Positions 6,750 to 17,245 of a stretch of DNA of 64,000 bases are shown here, in pieces. A model generated the notes under the pieces. It saw nothing but the letters and a program-made list of their open reading frames with translations. It did not search any database and was not told the origin of the DNA. The stretch lies in the IMG/VR virus record IMGVR_UViG_3300017917_001573, positions 1-64,000 of that record; one strand, written 5' to 3'. Origin of the DNA: a virus. Numbering within the stretch: position 1 is the stretch's first letter; every line of letters starts with the position of its first letter. The translations under genes were made by a program, and so were the position numbers.

Positions 6750-9700
6750 TGCAAATTTGGAGTGGATATGACCCAATAGATGATTGTGATCTACATTTAC
6801 TTAAACAGTATAAAGATGTAGATTATACTCCTGGGAAATATAAATGGTCTAAAACTAAAGAATTTTCTGTAGTAGGTAGAAGGTTTCAACTTACTGGAAA
6901 ATACTGTGATTATATGGAAGGTTCTCCTGCCTATGATGAATTCTGGGATATGGAAGAATATAAAATTAAGCATGGTATGATTAATAGTGATGGGCATTAT
7001 ATATGTGGTCCAATGTACTCCTATTTGAACTATGGTATCATTTATGATAAGAAACAAAAGAAATCTATTCAACCTGATTTTTGGGATTCTGATGCATACT
7101 TCTGGATAGAAGATTTAAAATCTGAAGTAAGAGGTGTGATGCTAGGTGGTACAAAAGCTCGCCAAAGAGGATATTCTCTAAAAGGAGCGCATAAAGTTAT
7201 TTTAAAATTTTATCACGTACCAAACTCCATTTCTTATGTTGGTGCATATATTGATGATAAAGCATCTAAGTTTTGGGAAATGGTTGAAGCAAATGCTAGA
7301 CATTTAGATTTAAATACTCCGTGGCATAAAAATAAAACCCCGTCTACAAAAGAATTTTGGAAAGCTCAAGTACAAGTAACTGAAGATACTGGTAAAAAAG
7401 TATTTAAAGGTTATATGTCTGAGTTTCATAAGGTTACATTTAAACAAAGCCCATCAAGTGGGGTAGGTGGGGCGTGTCATGGAAAAGACACCAAAATTGT
7501 TATGTCTGATGGGACATTAAAAAATGTACAAGATATAAAAGTAGGAGAATATGTAATTGGCGAAGATGGTAAACCTAAAAAAGTTTTAAATTTATTTTCT
7601 GGGCAAAAAGAATTGTTTTTAGTAGAACAAATAAAAGGTCAATCTTTTACAGCAACAGGTGATCATTTATTGTATTTAAAAAACAGAGATGTAAAAACTT
7701 CAGATGATTTTTTTACAGTACAAGTAAAAGATTGGAATAATTTATCCGATTGGAAAAAAACGGTTTACGTTCAAGTAAAAAATAGAACAGTTATACCATT
7801 TTGTAATATTGATCCAACAATTGATCCTTATTATTTAGGGTTATGGTTAGGTGATGGATTTAGAGATTCAATGCGCATTATTGTAAATAAAACAAAAGAC
7901 ATTGAAATATTCAATTACATCAAATCCTTTTTAGGTGATTATTCTTTGTATACAAGAAAAGAGGTAAATCGTTACAATGACGAAATGTATATAATGGGTA
8001 GTAAAATATCTATTGATCGTGAAGACACGCCTCTGTTAAAAGAATTTATAAAGTATAATTTGTTTTATAATAAACACATTCCTAAAGAAGTATTTAGTGC
8101 TTCTCCAGAATATAGATTAAACGTATTAGCGGGACTAATTGATTCTGATGGATATTTAAATAGTGTCAACTCATATGAAATATCCTGTAAAAGCGAGGAA
8201 TTGGCTAAACAAATTAAACTATTAGCTGGTGGATTAGGAGCATATGGTAATATATCAAAAAGAAGAAACAAATCTGGAATGTCTTCTCCAGATAGCATTT
8301 CACATGTTGTAAGATTTTATTTTACAGAACAAATAGTACCATGTTTATTGCCTAGAAAAGTAAACACATACAAAAAAGTAAAAGACACATCATCATCACC
8401 TATAAAAAGTATTACATCAATTGGAGTAGATAATTATTATGGTATTGAAGTAGAGGATCATTTGTATTTCTTAGAAGATTATACACTGACTCACAATTGT
8501 GACATGTTTGTATACGAGGAACCTGGTTTATCACCTACTTTAATGCAAACAATCAAGTATCTAGAACCCGCAATGTCAGATGGTGATTATAGAACTGGTC
8601 ACTTATGGGCATTGGGTTCAGTAGGGGAATTAAAAGATTCTAAAGACTTAGAAAAAATTGTACGTTCACCTAAAGACTATGGTTTTGCAGAATTTCCAAA
8701 TAATTTTGATCCTAAGAAATCAAATCCACCTTGCGGTTGGTTTCACCCTGCATCATGGTCCTATAAAGGGTATATTGATGAAGAAGGTAATTCTGATGTA
8801 GAAGGTGCAACAAAACGTATTTTTGAGAAACGTGATAAAGCAATTAGACAATCACCTAAAGATTATATTCTTGCAATTACACAAGATCCATTGACTGTTG
8901 ATGAAGCATTCCAAGCAAGGGATGTAAATAAATTTCCTGTTAAACTTATTTCTAAACGTTTAGCAGAATTAGAAGAATCTGGATTTAGAGGAACCTATGT
9001 CGATTTACAATTTGGTAAAGACGGTATTGAATGGGAATTAAGTGAAGACTATCCTGTTACAGATTTTCCTGTAAAAGAACATTCATACAAAAAAGGTTGT
9101 ATAGAAATATTTGAGTTTCCAGATATAACATTATCATTTGGTACATATGTTGCAGGACTTGACCCTTATAAGTTTGATGAATCAAAATATTCAGATTCTA
9201 TTGGATCTATTTATATATACAAAAGGACAGTAACATTAGAAGGTTCTTATCAAGATAGAGTTGTAGCATGTTATCATGGTAGACCAGATAACTTGGATAT
9301 ATTCTATGATAATATTGAAAAACTTGTAAAATTCTACAATGCACAAGTATTGATAGAAAATGATGTCAATGATATTATCCGACATTTCCTACAAAAAAAC
9401 CTACACAAATACTTAGCTAAAACACCAGGTTGGATTAAAGATGTAGCAAGTAATACATCTGTAAATACAGAATATGGTATTCGAGCTACTGTAAAAAATA
9501 TTGAACACTTTGAAAATTCTATTATCAAATATTGTATAGATGAGATTGGATCTCGTTTTTCAGAAGATGGAAAAGTGTCTGTACCTATTTATGGTGTAGA
9601 AAGAATTGATGACAAAATGCTATTGATAGAATTATTGGCTTATACTAAAAATGGTGGTAACTATGATAGGATACGTTCTTTTGGAATTACTTTAGCATTT

Positions 9701-9835
9701 GCTAATGGTATGGACCGTGTGTATACCAAAGGTGATGAAGCACCTGACTATAGTTATATGGCAGAAAGAGTAAAACACAAAGGTCCATTTGCTGCTAGTT
9801 CACATTCAACAATTCGTAAAAGACCTAGACGATGA
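6749..9835 (+). CDS. terL: Terminase large subunit with intein
   Basis: KARQRGYS Walker A, MFVYEE Walker B, AGLDPY RNase-H nuclease motif; precedes portal. Confidence 0.95.
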   Translation: MQIWSGYDPIDDCDLHLLKQYKDVDYTPGKYKWSKTKEFSVVGRRFQLTGKYCDYMEGSPAYDEFWDMEEYKIKHGMINSDGHYICGPMYSYLNYGIIYDKKQKKSIQPDFWDSDAYFWIEDLKSEVRGVMLGGTKARQRGYSLKGAHKVILKFYHVPNSISYVGAYIDDKASKFWEMVEANARHLDLNTPWHKNKTPSTKEFWKAQVQVTEDTGKKVFKGYMSEFHKVTFKQSPSSGVGGACHGKDTKIVMSDGTLKNVQDIKVGEYVIGEDGKPKKVLNLFSGQKELFLVEQIKGQSFTATGDHLLYLKNRDVKTSDDFFTVQVKDWNNLSDWKKTVYVQVKNRTVIPFCNIDPTIDPYYLGLWLGDGFRDSMRIIVNKTKDIEIFNYIKSFLGDYSLYTRKEVNRYNDEMYIMGSKISIDREDTPLLKEFIKYNLFYNKHIPKEVFSASPEYRLNVLAGLIDSDGYLNSVNSYEISCKSEELAKQIKLLAGGLGAYGNISKRRNKSGMSSPDSISHVVRFYFTEQIVPCLLPRKVNTYKKVKDTSSSPIKSITSIGVDNYYGIEVEDHLYFLEDYTLTHNCDMFVYEEPGLSPTLMQTIKYLEPAMSDGDYRTGHLWALGSVGELKDSKDLEKIVRSPKDYGFAEFPNNFDPKKSNPPCGWFHPASWSYKGYIDEEGNSDVEGATKRIFEKRDKAIRQSPKDYILAITQDPLTVDEAFQARDVNKFPVKLISKRLAELEESGFRGTYVDLQFGKDGIEWELSEDYPVTDFPVKEHSYKKGCIEIFEFPDITLSFGTYVAGLDPYKFDESKYSDSIGSIYIYKRTVTLEGSYQDRVVACYHGRPDNLDIFYDNIEKLVKFYNAQVLIENDVNDIIRHFLQKNLHKYLAKTPGWIKDVASNTSVNTEYGIRATVKNIEHFENSIIKYCIDEIGSRFSEDGKVSVPIYGVERIDDKMLLIELLAYTKNGGNYDRIRSFGITLAFANGMDRVYTKGDEAPDYSYMAERVKHKGPFAASSHSTIRKRPRR
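7475..8497 (+). mobile_element. Intein with LAGLIDADG homing endonuclease (aa 243-583)
   Basis: Starts CHGKDT, block B TGDH, LGLWLGDG and LAGLIDSDG, ends THN followed by Cys +1. Confidence 0.93.
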
Positions 9836-12501
9836 TTATAGAAAATATAAAAGATTCTAAAGCATACGTAACCTATTTGGATAACTTTAGGTTGTATGTA
9901 CCAGATCAATTTGTACCAGATAAAGTTAAAAGAAGTCCTGACTGGATTAAAACAGCAATGGACTATTATTATACAATTGCTTTATCACAATGGAAAACAA
10001 ATACAAAACTTAAAAAACCTTACGAATTATTGGAAGGTAATTTAACAATGGAAGATTACTATTCAGCAGACTTACAACAAGCTGTTGATTTTATGTCTTC
10101 TGCAAATGTACAATTACCAGATTATATTAAACACTACCCTATTGTTAATCCACCAATCAATACTCTTTTAGGAGAAGTTAATGATCGACCAGATAACAAT
10201 AGATTTATTGCTATTGATTCATATACTAGAACAGCTTCTGTAGAAGAACAGAATGAATTTCTACAATCTAAAGTAGAAGAGTATGTGAACAATGTGATGA
10301 TGTTAAAAGCTCAAAAAGCAGGATTGCTTCAACAAAAACAACAACTTGCTGAACAAATTCAAGAATTGCAGCAAACTGAAGATCCAAATGCACAACAACA
10401 ATTAGAGCAATTAAATCAACAAATCCAACAAATTGATCAAGAAATTCAAGGATTTACACCAGAATGGTTTAAGTATGACAAATCTTCTAGTACACAACAC
10501 ATACTACAGGAATGGTCAAATCTTAAATTAGAACAACTTAAATTAATGTTTCAAATTCCTCACAAGAATACAGAAGCATTGAAAGACCTTTTGGCAGTAG
10601 CCAGAGAATTTCATCACGTATATATTGATAATGAATCACATGCTGGACTAGGATATGAAATTCTAAACCCTAGAAAAGTATGGTTTTTGTCAGAACCAGA
10701 TCCTATTTTAACAAACGATTGTTATGCAATTGGATATTTGGATTATTGGGAAATATCAAAAATCATTTCTAGATTTAAATTATCAGAAGAAGAAATTGAT
10801 CATTTAAAAGCTCATAAACACGATTATATGGGTTTACCAACAGGTGATAAAAACGTGTGGGAAACTACTGAAAAATCTTGGGCATCTATGTCTTTACCTC
10901 AACACGATCCATCTAAAACTTTGCAAGAAGCTGTATGGAGAAGTGAATTTGAACAAGACAATATTTTATCTACATACAAAGAAGAGTCTGGAGATTATGC
11001 TCCATCTGGTTATCATGGGCATGATAGCAGAATGTACAAATACTCTGTATGTATTGCATACTTTAAATCTAAAAGAAAAGTTGGAAAACTTACCTATACA
11101 AATGAAGATGGTGAGTTAGAAACTATTGTAGTATCAGATGATGTTAAATTGCCAGATACTACCTATACTATTGAATGGGAATGGAAAAACGTTTGGTACA
11201 GAGGTGTTCGTATTGGAGTAGGCATATACTTTATGGAACCATTGTATTATACAGATCTTCCTCCAATTATGGGAGTATTCCAAAAGAATAAAAATGCACT
11301 ACCTACTTCTACAGTAGATAAAATGAAAGTATATCAGATTATCTACAATATTTGTATGAACCAAATCTATTTGCTACTAGAAAAAGAGATTGGTAAAGTT
11401 CTTTTGTATAACATGAGGCATTTACCTAAATACAAAGATTTCCAAGATTCAGAAGCATTGGATATGTTTATTGATATTGCAAAAGGAGAAGGTATTATTG
11501 GATTAGATGATTCACCTGAGAATGTAAAAGGGGCTTCTACATTTAATCAATTTACAGCAATAGATTTAACTCGTACACAAGAAATTAAATCTCGTATTGA
11601 GTTGGCTACATGGTGTAAGTATGCATGTTGGGAATTGTTAGGATTTACCCAACAACGTTTGGGTTCAACTACTGCTACAGAAACTGCAACTGGTGTTGAA
11701 GCAGGTATTACACAATCATATGCTCAAACAGAACCTCTTATTGCATTACATGAACAATGTATGATGAAGGTGTATCAATTGTTGATTGATACTGCACAAT
11801 TTGTAGAAGCTGATAAACCAGACGCATCTATTCATTTTGTAAATAGTGAGCAACAAGAAATTATGTTTAGAATAAATGGTTCTAAACTTAAGTTGGCAGA
11901 TTTTGCTATTTTCCCATCTGATAGAAGAAAAGACAAACGTAGATTAGATGAACTTCGTCAAAGAAGTTTGGAATTTGCACAAAATAATCTACACCCATAC
12001 TACATTTCTGTAATTAACAGATCAGAAAGTGTACATGAGATTGAAAAAGTTCTTAAACAAGATTATGAACAAAAGCTTCAACAAGAAGCTCAAATGCAAC
12101 AAATTGAGCAACAAAAGCAACAACAACTTCAAGAAATTGAACAACAGCGTTTCCAATTACAACAACAACTCGTTAAAGAAGAACAAGCCTTTAAAGCTAA
12201 AGAAAATGCATTGGATCGTAAGAAGGACATTATGATTGCACAAATCAATGCATTGAAATTTGCTAAAGACAATGATGTGAATACTAACAATGTTCCTGAT
12301 GCATTGGAAATTGAGAAGTTTAATGCTGAGTATGCACGATCAATGCAAGAACTTAATCAACAAAAAACAAATGCATTAAATGACTACAATGTAAAACTTA
12401 AAGAACTAGATTTGAAAGAAGAAGAAATTAGATCTAAAGAACGCATTGCTAAAGACAAAAATAAAACAATGTTGAAAAACAAAGTAGCTGGAGAGAAGTA
12501 A
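9832..12501 (+). CDS. Portal protein
   Basis: crAss-type HYPIVNPPINTLLGE, FNQFTAIDLT and GFTQQRLG motifs; long C-terminal coiled coil; position after TerL. Confidence 0.9.
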   Translation: MIIENIKDSKAYVTYLDNFRLYVPDQFVPDKVKRSPDWIKTAMDYYYTIALSQWKTNTKLKKPYELLEGNLTMEDYYSADLQQAVDFMSSANVQLPDYIKHYPIVNPPINTLLGEVNDRPDNNRFIAIDSYTRTASVEEQNEFLQSKVEEYVNNVMMLKAQKAGLLQQKQQLAEQIQELQQTEDPNAQQQLEQLNQQIQQIDQEIQGFTPEWFKYDKSSSTQHILQEWSNLKLEQLKLMFQIPHKNTEALKDLLAVAREFHHVYIDNESHAGLGYEILNPRKVWFLSEPDPILTNDCYAIGYLDYWEISKIISRFKLSEEEIDHLKAHKHDYMGLPTGDKNVWETTEKSWASMSLPQHDPSKTLQEAVWRSEFEQDNILSTYKEESGDYAPSGYHGHDSRMYKYSVCIAYFKSKRKVGKLTYTNEDGELETIVVSDDVKLPDTTYTIEWEWKNVWYRGVRIGVGIYFMEPLYYTDLPPIMGVFQKNKNALPTSTVDKMKVYQIIYNICMNQIYLLLEKEIGKVLLYNMRHLPKYKDFQDSEALDMFIDIAKGEGIIGLDDSPENVKGASTFNQFTAIDLTRTQEIKSRIELATWCKYACWELLGFTQQRLGSTTATETATGVEAGITQSYAQTEPLIALHEQCMMKVYQLLIDTAQFVEADKPDASIHFVNSEQQEIMFRINGSKLKLADFAIFPSDRRKDKRRLDELRQRSLEFAQNNLHPYYISVINRSESVHEIEKVLKQDYEQKLQQEAQMQQIEQQKQQQLQEIEQQRFQLQQQLVKEEQAFKAKENALDRKKDIMIAQINALKFAKDNDVNTNNVPDALEIEKFNAEYARSMQELNQQKTNALNDYNVKLKELDLKEEEIRSKERIAKDKNKTMLKNKVAGEK

Positions 12502-12626
12502 GGGTAAAACCTTACTTCTTTTCACTTAACCAAATTTGATTAATTTGCTATAAGTTTAAAAACAACGATTTAGTGTATACAGAAAAAACTTTAAAATAAC
12601 GTAAATAATAAACAATTTTGTATCAT

Positions 12627-13679
12627 ATGGAAGAAAATTTTATTGATGAACTAGGTCTTTTGGATACCTATAATGAAGACCCAACTAAAACTCAAGATCC
12701 AGATGTAGATCCTACTAAAAAGAAGGACTCCACACCTAAGACAGATGAGTTTATCGAAGGTACTGAACCAACTGAAACACCTGATGCTGTTGATTTGTTG
12801 AATGACTTTGAAACATCAGAAGAAGTGGACACTACACAATCTGCATCTATTGCATCATTTGCAAAAGGTCTTGTAGATAGTGGTTGGTTGGAAGCAGATG
12901 AATCTGAGATTACTGAAAACATGACTCATGAAGATTTTATTAAACTTTACAAGAAAACTGCTGAGAAAGAAGTTTCTAAAAAGTTTGATGAACGACTTGA
13001 ATCATTGGACGAAGCTAAACGTAATTTTGTAAAAGAAATCATGGAAAATGATGTTGACTTTACAGAATACTACAAAGCGCATTTGAATTCTGAAACAGTA
13101 GAAGATTTTGATGTATCCGATGATACAGATTCTGAAACATTGATTCATGAAGAAATGAAGATCAAAGGTTTTTCAGAAGATGAAATTCAAGAACGAATTG
13201 AGTTTTTGAAAGACAAAGGTAAACTCTCTGATACAGCAGAAAAAGCTAAACAAAATCTAAAGGCTCATTTTGAAAAACAAAAAGAGAAACTTAGAGAAGA
13301 AGCTAATAGAGCAAAAGTTGAAAAACAAGCTAAACTAGACGAATTTAAAAATAGTCTAGCATCTACTGTATCAACTGTTGTAAAAGCTGGTGAACTAGAT
13401 GGAATTAAGTTTACAGAAAAAGATAAATCTCAACTTGTAGACTTTATTACTAAACCAGAACATAGATTGGAAAATGGACAGGTATTAACTGGATTCTATA
13501 AAAAACTTGTAGAAATTCAGAATAACCCTGAAAAGCTTGTAAAGCTTGCAAAAATTCTACAATCTGATTTGGATGTATCTAGTGTAGTAAAAGTGAAACG
13601 TGAAACTGAAAAAGAAAAACAGTTTGATGATTCAAAAAAACGAGGTAATGCTTTCCCTAGAAAAGAAGCATTTATTTAA
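12627..13679 (+). CDS. Acidic scaffold-like head protein
   Basis: Very acidic, coiled-coil, lies between portal and major capsid as in crAss-like phages. Confidence 0.7.
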   Translation: MEENFIDELGLLDTYNEDPTKTQDPDVDPTKKKDSTPKTDEFIEGTEPTETPDAVDLLNDFETSEEVDTTQSASIASFAKGLVDSGWLEADESEITENMTHEDFIKLYKKTAEKEVSKKFDERLESLDEAKRNFVKEIMENDVDFTEYYKAHLNSETVEDFDVSDDTDSETLIHEEMKIKGFSEDEIQERIEFLKDKGKLSDTAEKAKQNLKAHFEKQKEKLREEANRAKVEKQAKLDEFKNSLASTVSTVVKAGELDGIKFTEKDKSQLVDFITKPEHRLENGQVLTGFYKKLVEIQNNPEKLVKLAKILQSDLDVSSVVKVKRETEKEKQFDDSKKRGNAFPRKEAFI

Positions 13680-13722
13680 TTAAAAACAATAACGTAAAAC
13701 TTAACCTTAAAAATATTTAAAC

Positions 13723-15327
13723 ATGGCTAATTATCTTCCTGGTACAGGTAAATCTAGGTTTGTTGTACAAGAACATAGTTCTATGCACCGTGACGCACTT
13801 GGTAAATTGACTTCATCTAATCACTTGAGTCAATTGTACAAAGATCGTCCAGCAGAATATGATCGTAAGATTATCACTTTGTTCGCACAAACCGCACTAT
13901 ATTCAAATGATTTCTTGAATCTTTTGAATGCATCAGACACATTCTTCATTGGTGGTAACACTGAAACTGTAGAATATGCAATTGATGTAAAAACCGAGCT
14001 TCCTAAAATTGTCGAAAACCTTGCAGTAGGTATTGCTAAACCAGGTGCTGGTGGTGGTACTATTGAATTGGTATTTGATAAAAAAGAATTCGTAAAAGGT
14101 GATCGTCTTACTGCAAACCGTCGTCAAATGGACGTACAGTTGTATGTAACAAAAGATCCTATTCCATCTGGTAAAAACTGGCGTTATACATTCACCGCAA
14201 TTGGTGGACAAACTGCATCATCTTTTGTAAACCCACAATTCTTGCGTGTTGGTACAGAGTATATGAAACTCGACAACATTACAGGTGAAAATACCGTAGA
14301 TCTTTCTGGTCTTAGCTCAACTGCAAGTAAGTTGAAATTGGTATTCACACTTTGTGAAGGATTTGGTGTTGAACACACTGTAACAGAATCTGCTAACTTC
14401 CGTGAAGTTACTAAACCTAATGGTGAAAAATATACACTTCGTTTGACTGAACGTAACAACATGGTTCAAGATTTGACTATGATTGCTAAACGTAATGTAG
14501 GTCAAGACGGACGTGAAATTACAGTCGATGTACGTTGGGCTAAAACAGTAGACGTTTTGATGCAGAAAGAAATGCTTGACATGCGTGTTAAGAAACTTAT
14601 CTGGGGACGTTCTGGTTCAGTTAAAGATGAAAACAACAACTTGATTCCAGTTGGTGCTGGTTTGTATCAACAAATGAAAGAAGGTAACTACCATACTTTT
14701 AATCGTGGTGAGTTTTCATTGAATATTATCCGTCGTCGTCTATCTGACTTGTACTACAATCGTGTACCAATGGCTGATCGTAAAACCCTTATTTGGACTA
14801 ACGAAGCAGGTCTTGAATTGGTAAACAACGAATTGCGTAAAGAGGCAGGTAAAATTACTTGGACTACTCTTCGTACAGAAACAGGTGCTGGTGTTATTAA
14901 AAACGTAGAAGGTGGTATGCATGGTTATCCTGCAATGGGTATCGGTTATACTTTCAACGAATTTATGACTACTGATGCAGGTCTTGTACAATTCAAACAC
15001 ATGCCAGCTCTTGATGATCCTATCACTAACTCTGAATATGGTGAGAACCAAAAAGCTCCAGCAGTATTCATGATTTTTGATATTTCAAATTCTACTACTG
15101 GTATGCCAACTGGTGTTCGTCTAGTACGTTCAAAAGGAATGCCTTCAATGACTTGGGGTTATATTAACGGTACCAGCCACTACTTGGGACACGCTGCTTC
15201 TCAAGGTATGGAATCTGCTAATATGATGCCTGGTTACAAAGCTTGGATGAAAGACCGTGTAGGTGTATTCTTGGAAGACCCTACTCGTTGTATGATCATC
15301 GAAGAAATTCCAGCATTTGGATTCTAA
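13723..15327 (+). CDS. Major capsid protein
   Basis: 534 aa, highly biased codons, crAss MCP-like motifs (GAGLYQQM, C-terminal DPTRCMIIEE), followed by strong terminator. Confidence 0.9.
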   Translation: MANYLPGTGKSRFVVQEHSSMHRDALGKLTSSNHLSQLYKDRPAEYDRKIITLFAQTALYSNDFLNLLNASDTFFIGGNTETVEYAIDVKTELPKIVENLAVGIAKPGAGGGTIELVFDKKEFVKGDRLTANRRQMDVQLYVTKDPIPSGKNWRYTFTAIGGQTASSFVNPQFLRVGTEYMKLDNITGENTVDLSGLSSTASKLKLVFTLCEGFGVEHTVTESANFREVTKPNGEKYTLRLTERNNMVQDLTMIAKRNVGQDGREITVDVRWAKTVDVLMQKEMLDMRVKKLIWGRSGSVKDENNNLIPVGAGLYQQMKEGNYHTFNRGEFSLNIIRRRLSDLYYNRVPMADRKTLIWTNEAGLELVNNELRKEAGKITWTTLRTETGAGVIKNVEGGMHGYPAMGIGYTFNEFMTTDAGLVQFKHMPALDDPITNSEYGENQKAPAVFMIFDISNSTTGMPTGVRLVRSKGMPSMTWGYINGTSHYLGHAASQGMESANMMPGYKAWMKDRVGVFLEDPTRCMIIEEIPAFGF

Positions 15328-15344
15328 TTTAATCTACGGAAATA

Positions 15345-15374
15345 AGAAAGGGTTGCAAAACCCTTTCTATTTTT
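15345..15374 (+). terminator. Intrinsic terminator
   Basis: AGAAAGGGTT-GCAA-AACCCTTTCT + T run. Confidence 0.85.
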
Positions 15375-15429
15375 GTAATTTTATGCGAATTTAAATTAAT
15401 CATTTAATCAATTAAAATAACAAACAAAA

Positions 15430-16482
15430 ATGTCAAAATCAAACATTAAAAAACTTGTCCCAGTTCCATTTGATCCAATTACAAATCAAAACGATCCTCA
15501 GTATAATTCTGTGAAGAATCAACTTGAACGTATGGGACATAAACAATTTCCTAATACTAAGTTTTCTGTAATGCCTGTAAAAGATCCTCGTACAAAAAGA
15601 TACTTGACAGGTTTGGATGTAGATGCTATTAGTATTAAAAATATTGAAGATACAGAAGTTCGTGAAGCTGAAATTAAACGTATCACTACACTAAAAGCAG
15701 AACTAGAACGTTTGACAGGTCTTAATTTGGATCCTATTACTACAGATCCATCAAGACCTTGCTACTACGAATTGATTTCAAGATCTAGTACTGATGATCT
15801 TCCTCTTGGATTTGTATTTAATAACCCTTCTGTAGGTGAAGTATTTGATTTGTCTTCTCCAATGAAACAAATTGATTTTCTTTGGTTGTGTGAAACACCT
15901 TTCGTATTGAAATCCTTTATTGAGTATGAAAGGGGATATAATGCATATGCTCGATACATTGTAGAAGATATTGAAGCTGAAAACAAAGTAAAAGCTGACA
16001 AATACAAAATTAAAATGGATGCTACTACAGGGCTTAATGCATTCTACAATTCATCTAAAGTAGATAAACTTGCTACATTGTTGAATATTCCATATGCATA
16101 TGATGATAGTCAAGATGTAATTCTTGCATACGTTGCAGAATATTTGGATGGTATCACTAATTCATATATTACAGATGATCTTAAACAGTTTGTGAAATTT
16201 ACAAAGTTGAGTCCTGAACAATTGGATGCAAACTACTTTGCTACTCTATTTATTCGTGAAAGTATTGTTACAGAACAATATGGTGGTATAATTAGAGAAG
16301 GTGTTGATGAATATGGAGAGCGTCTATCTGAATCAGGTAAACAAGGTCTAGTTGAATATTTGCTAGATGCTAAAAACTCTGAAAAATATGCAATGCTTCG
16401 TGGTGCATTGGAAGAAGCAATTCAATCTAAATATGGTGTAAGAGTTTCTACTAAAATCCAAAAACGAAGTAAAGCTGTTTAA
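15430..16482 (+). CDS. Conserved crAss-like protein downstream of MCP
   Basis: 350-aa ORF, RYLTGLD motif, synteny. Confidence 0.7.
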   Translation: MSKSNIKKLVPVPFDPITNQNDPQYNSVKNQLERMGHKQFPNTKFSVMPVKDPRTKRYLTGLDVDAISIKNIEDTEVREAEIKRITTLKAELERLTGLNLDPITTDPSRPCYYELISRSSTDDLPLGFVFNNPSVGEVFDLSSPMKQIDFLWLCETPFVLKSFIEYERGYNAYARYIVEDIEAENKVKADKYKIKMDATTGLNAFYNSSKVDKLATLLNIPYAYDDSQDVILAYVAEYLDGITNSYITDDLKQFVKFTKLSPEQLDANYFATLFIRESIVTEQYGGIIREGVDEYGERLSESGKQGLVEYLLDAKNSEKYAMLRGALEEAIQSKYGVRVSTKIQKRSKAV

Positions 16483-16507
16483 TAACCTACCTTAATAATT
16501 TAATCCA

Positions 16508-17209
16508 ATGATCAATATAGTTGAATTTTCTAAAAGTATAGATGAAACATTAAATAAACTTGGTACAAACAAGAATTTCAATGTATCTATTCCTGCTAAA
16601 GTTAGAGCAATTAATCTTGCTCAACTAAAACTTATTAAAAATAAGTTAGGTATTCTGAATCCTTCTAAAAAAGGATTTGAATCTTTTAGACGTAGATTTG
16701 ATGAATTGGATTTTCTAATTGTTCCCAATAAGGAGGTATCTGTACAAACAATAGATGATTCTTTGTATGCAGATACTTCTTTATTGGAAGATTATATGTA
16801 CTACATCAAATCATATTGTACTGCTACAAAAGGAAAATGTAAGAATAGAAAACTTACTAATCACTTAGTTAATCATAATGATTTGATCAACTATTTGAAA
16901 GACAAAAATTACAAACCTTCTTTTGAATGGGAAGAACAGTATGTAACACTTTCTAATGGTAAATTAGAAATTCACAAAGCGGATGATTATACAGTAAATA
17001 AGCTATACTTGTATTATATACGCCAACCAAAACCTGTTAATCTTAGTGGATATACACAAAATGGCGTAGCTTCACAAAATATTAACTCGGAATTTCCAGA
17101 ATCTCTTAGAGATGAACTATTGGATATGACTTGTCAATTAATCGCTTCTAACAATGTAGATATGGCACAATATCAATTTACAGAAGCAAGAATCTCAAAA
17201 TCTGAATAA
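16508..17209 (+). CDS. Tail ring / head-tail adaptor protein
   Basis: YKPSFEWEE, YLYYIRQPKPV, EFPESLRDEL motifs of crAss ring proteins. Confidence 0.75.
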   Translation: MINIVEFSKSIDETLNKLGTNKNFNVSIPAKVRAINLAQLKLIKNKLGILNPSKKGFESFRRRFDELDFLIVPNKEVSVQTIDDSLYADTSLLEDYMYYIKSYCTATKGKCKNRKLTNHLVNHNDLINYLKDKNYKPSFEWEEQYVTLSNGKLEIHKADDYTVNKLYLYYIRQPKPVNLSGYTQNGVASQNINSEFPESLRDELLDMTCQLIASNNVDMAQYQFTEARISKSE

Positions 17210-17245
17210 ACTAAACTTTTTTGTTAAACTTAATTTAATTTTAAA

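Noticed and set aside
10320-12200. Q-rich CAA stretches in portal as tandem repeats
   Set aside because: Ordinary coiled-coil low complexity, not discrete repeat units
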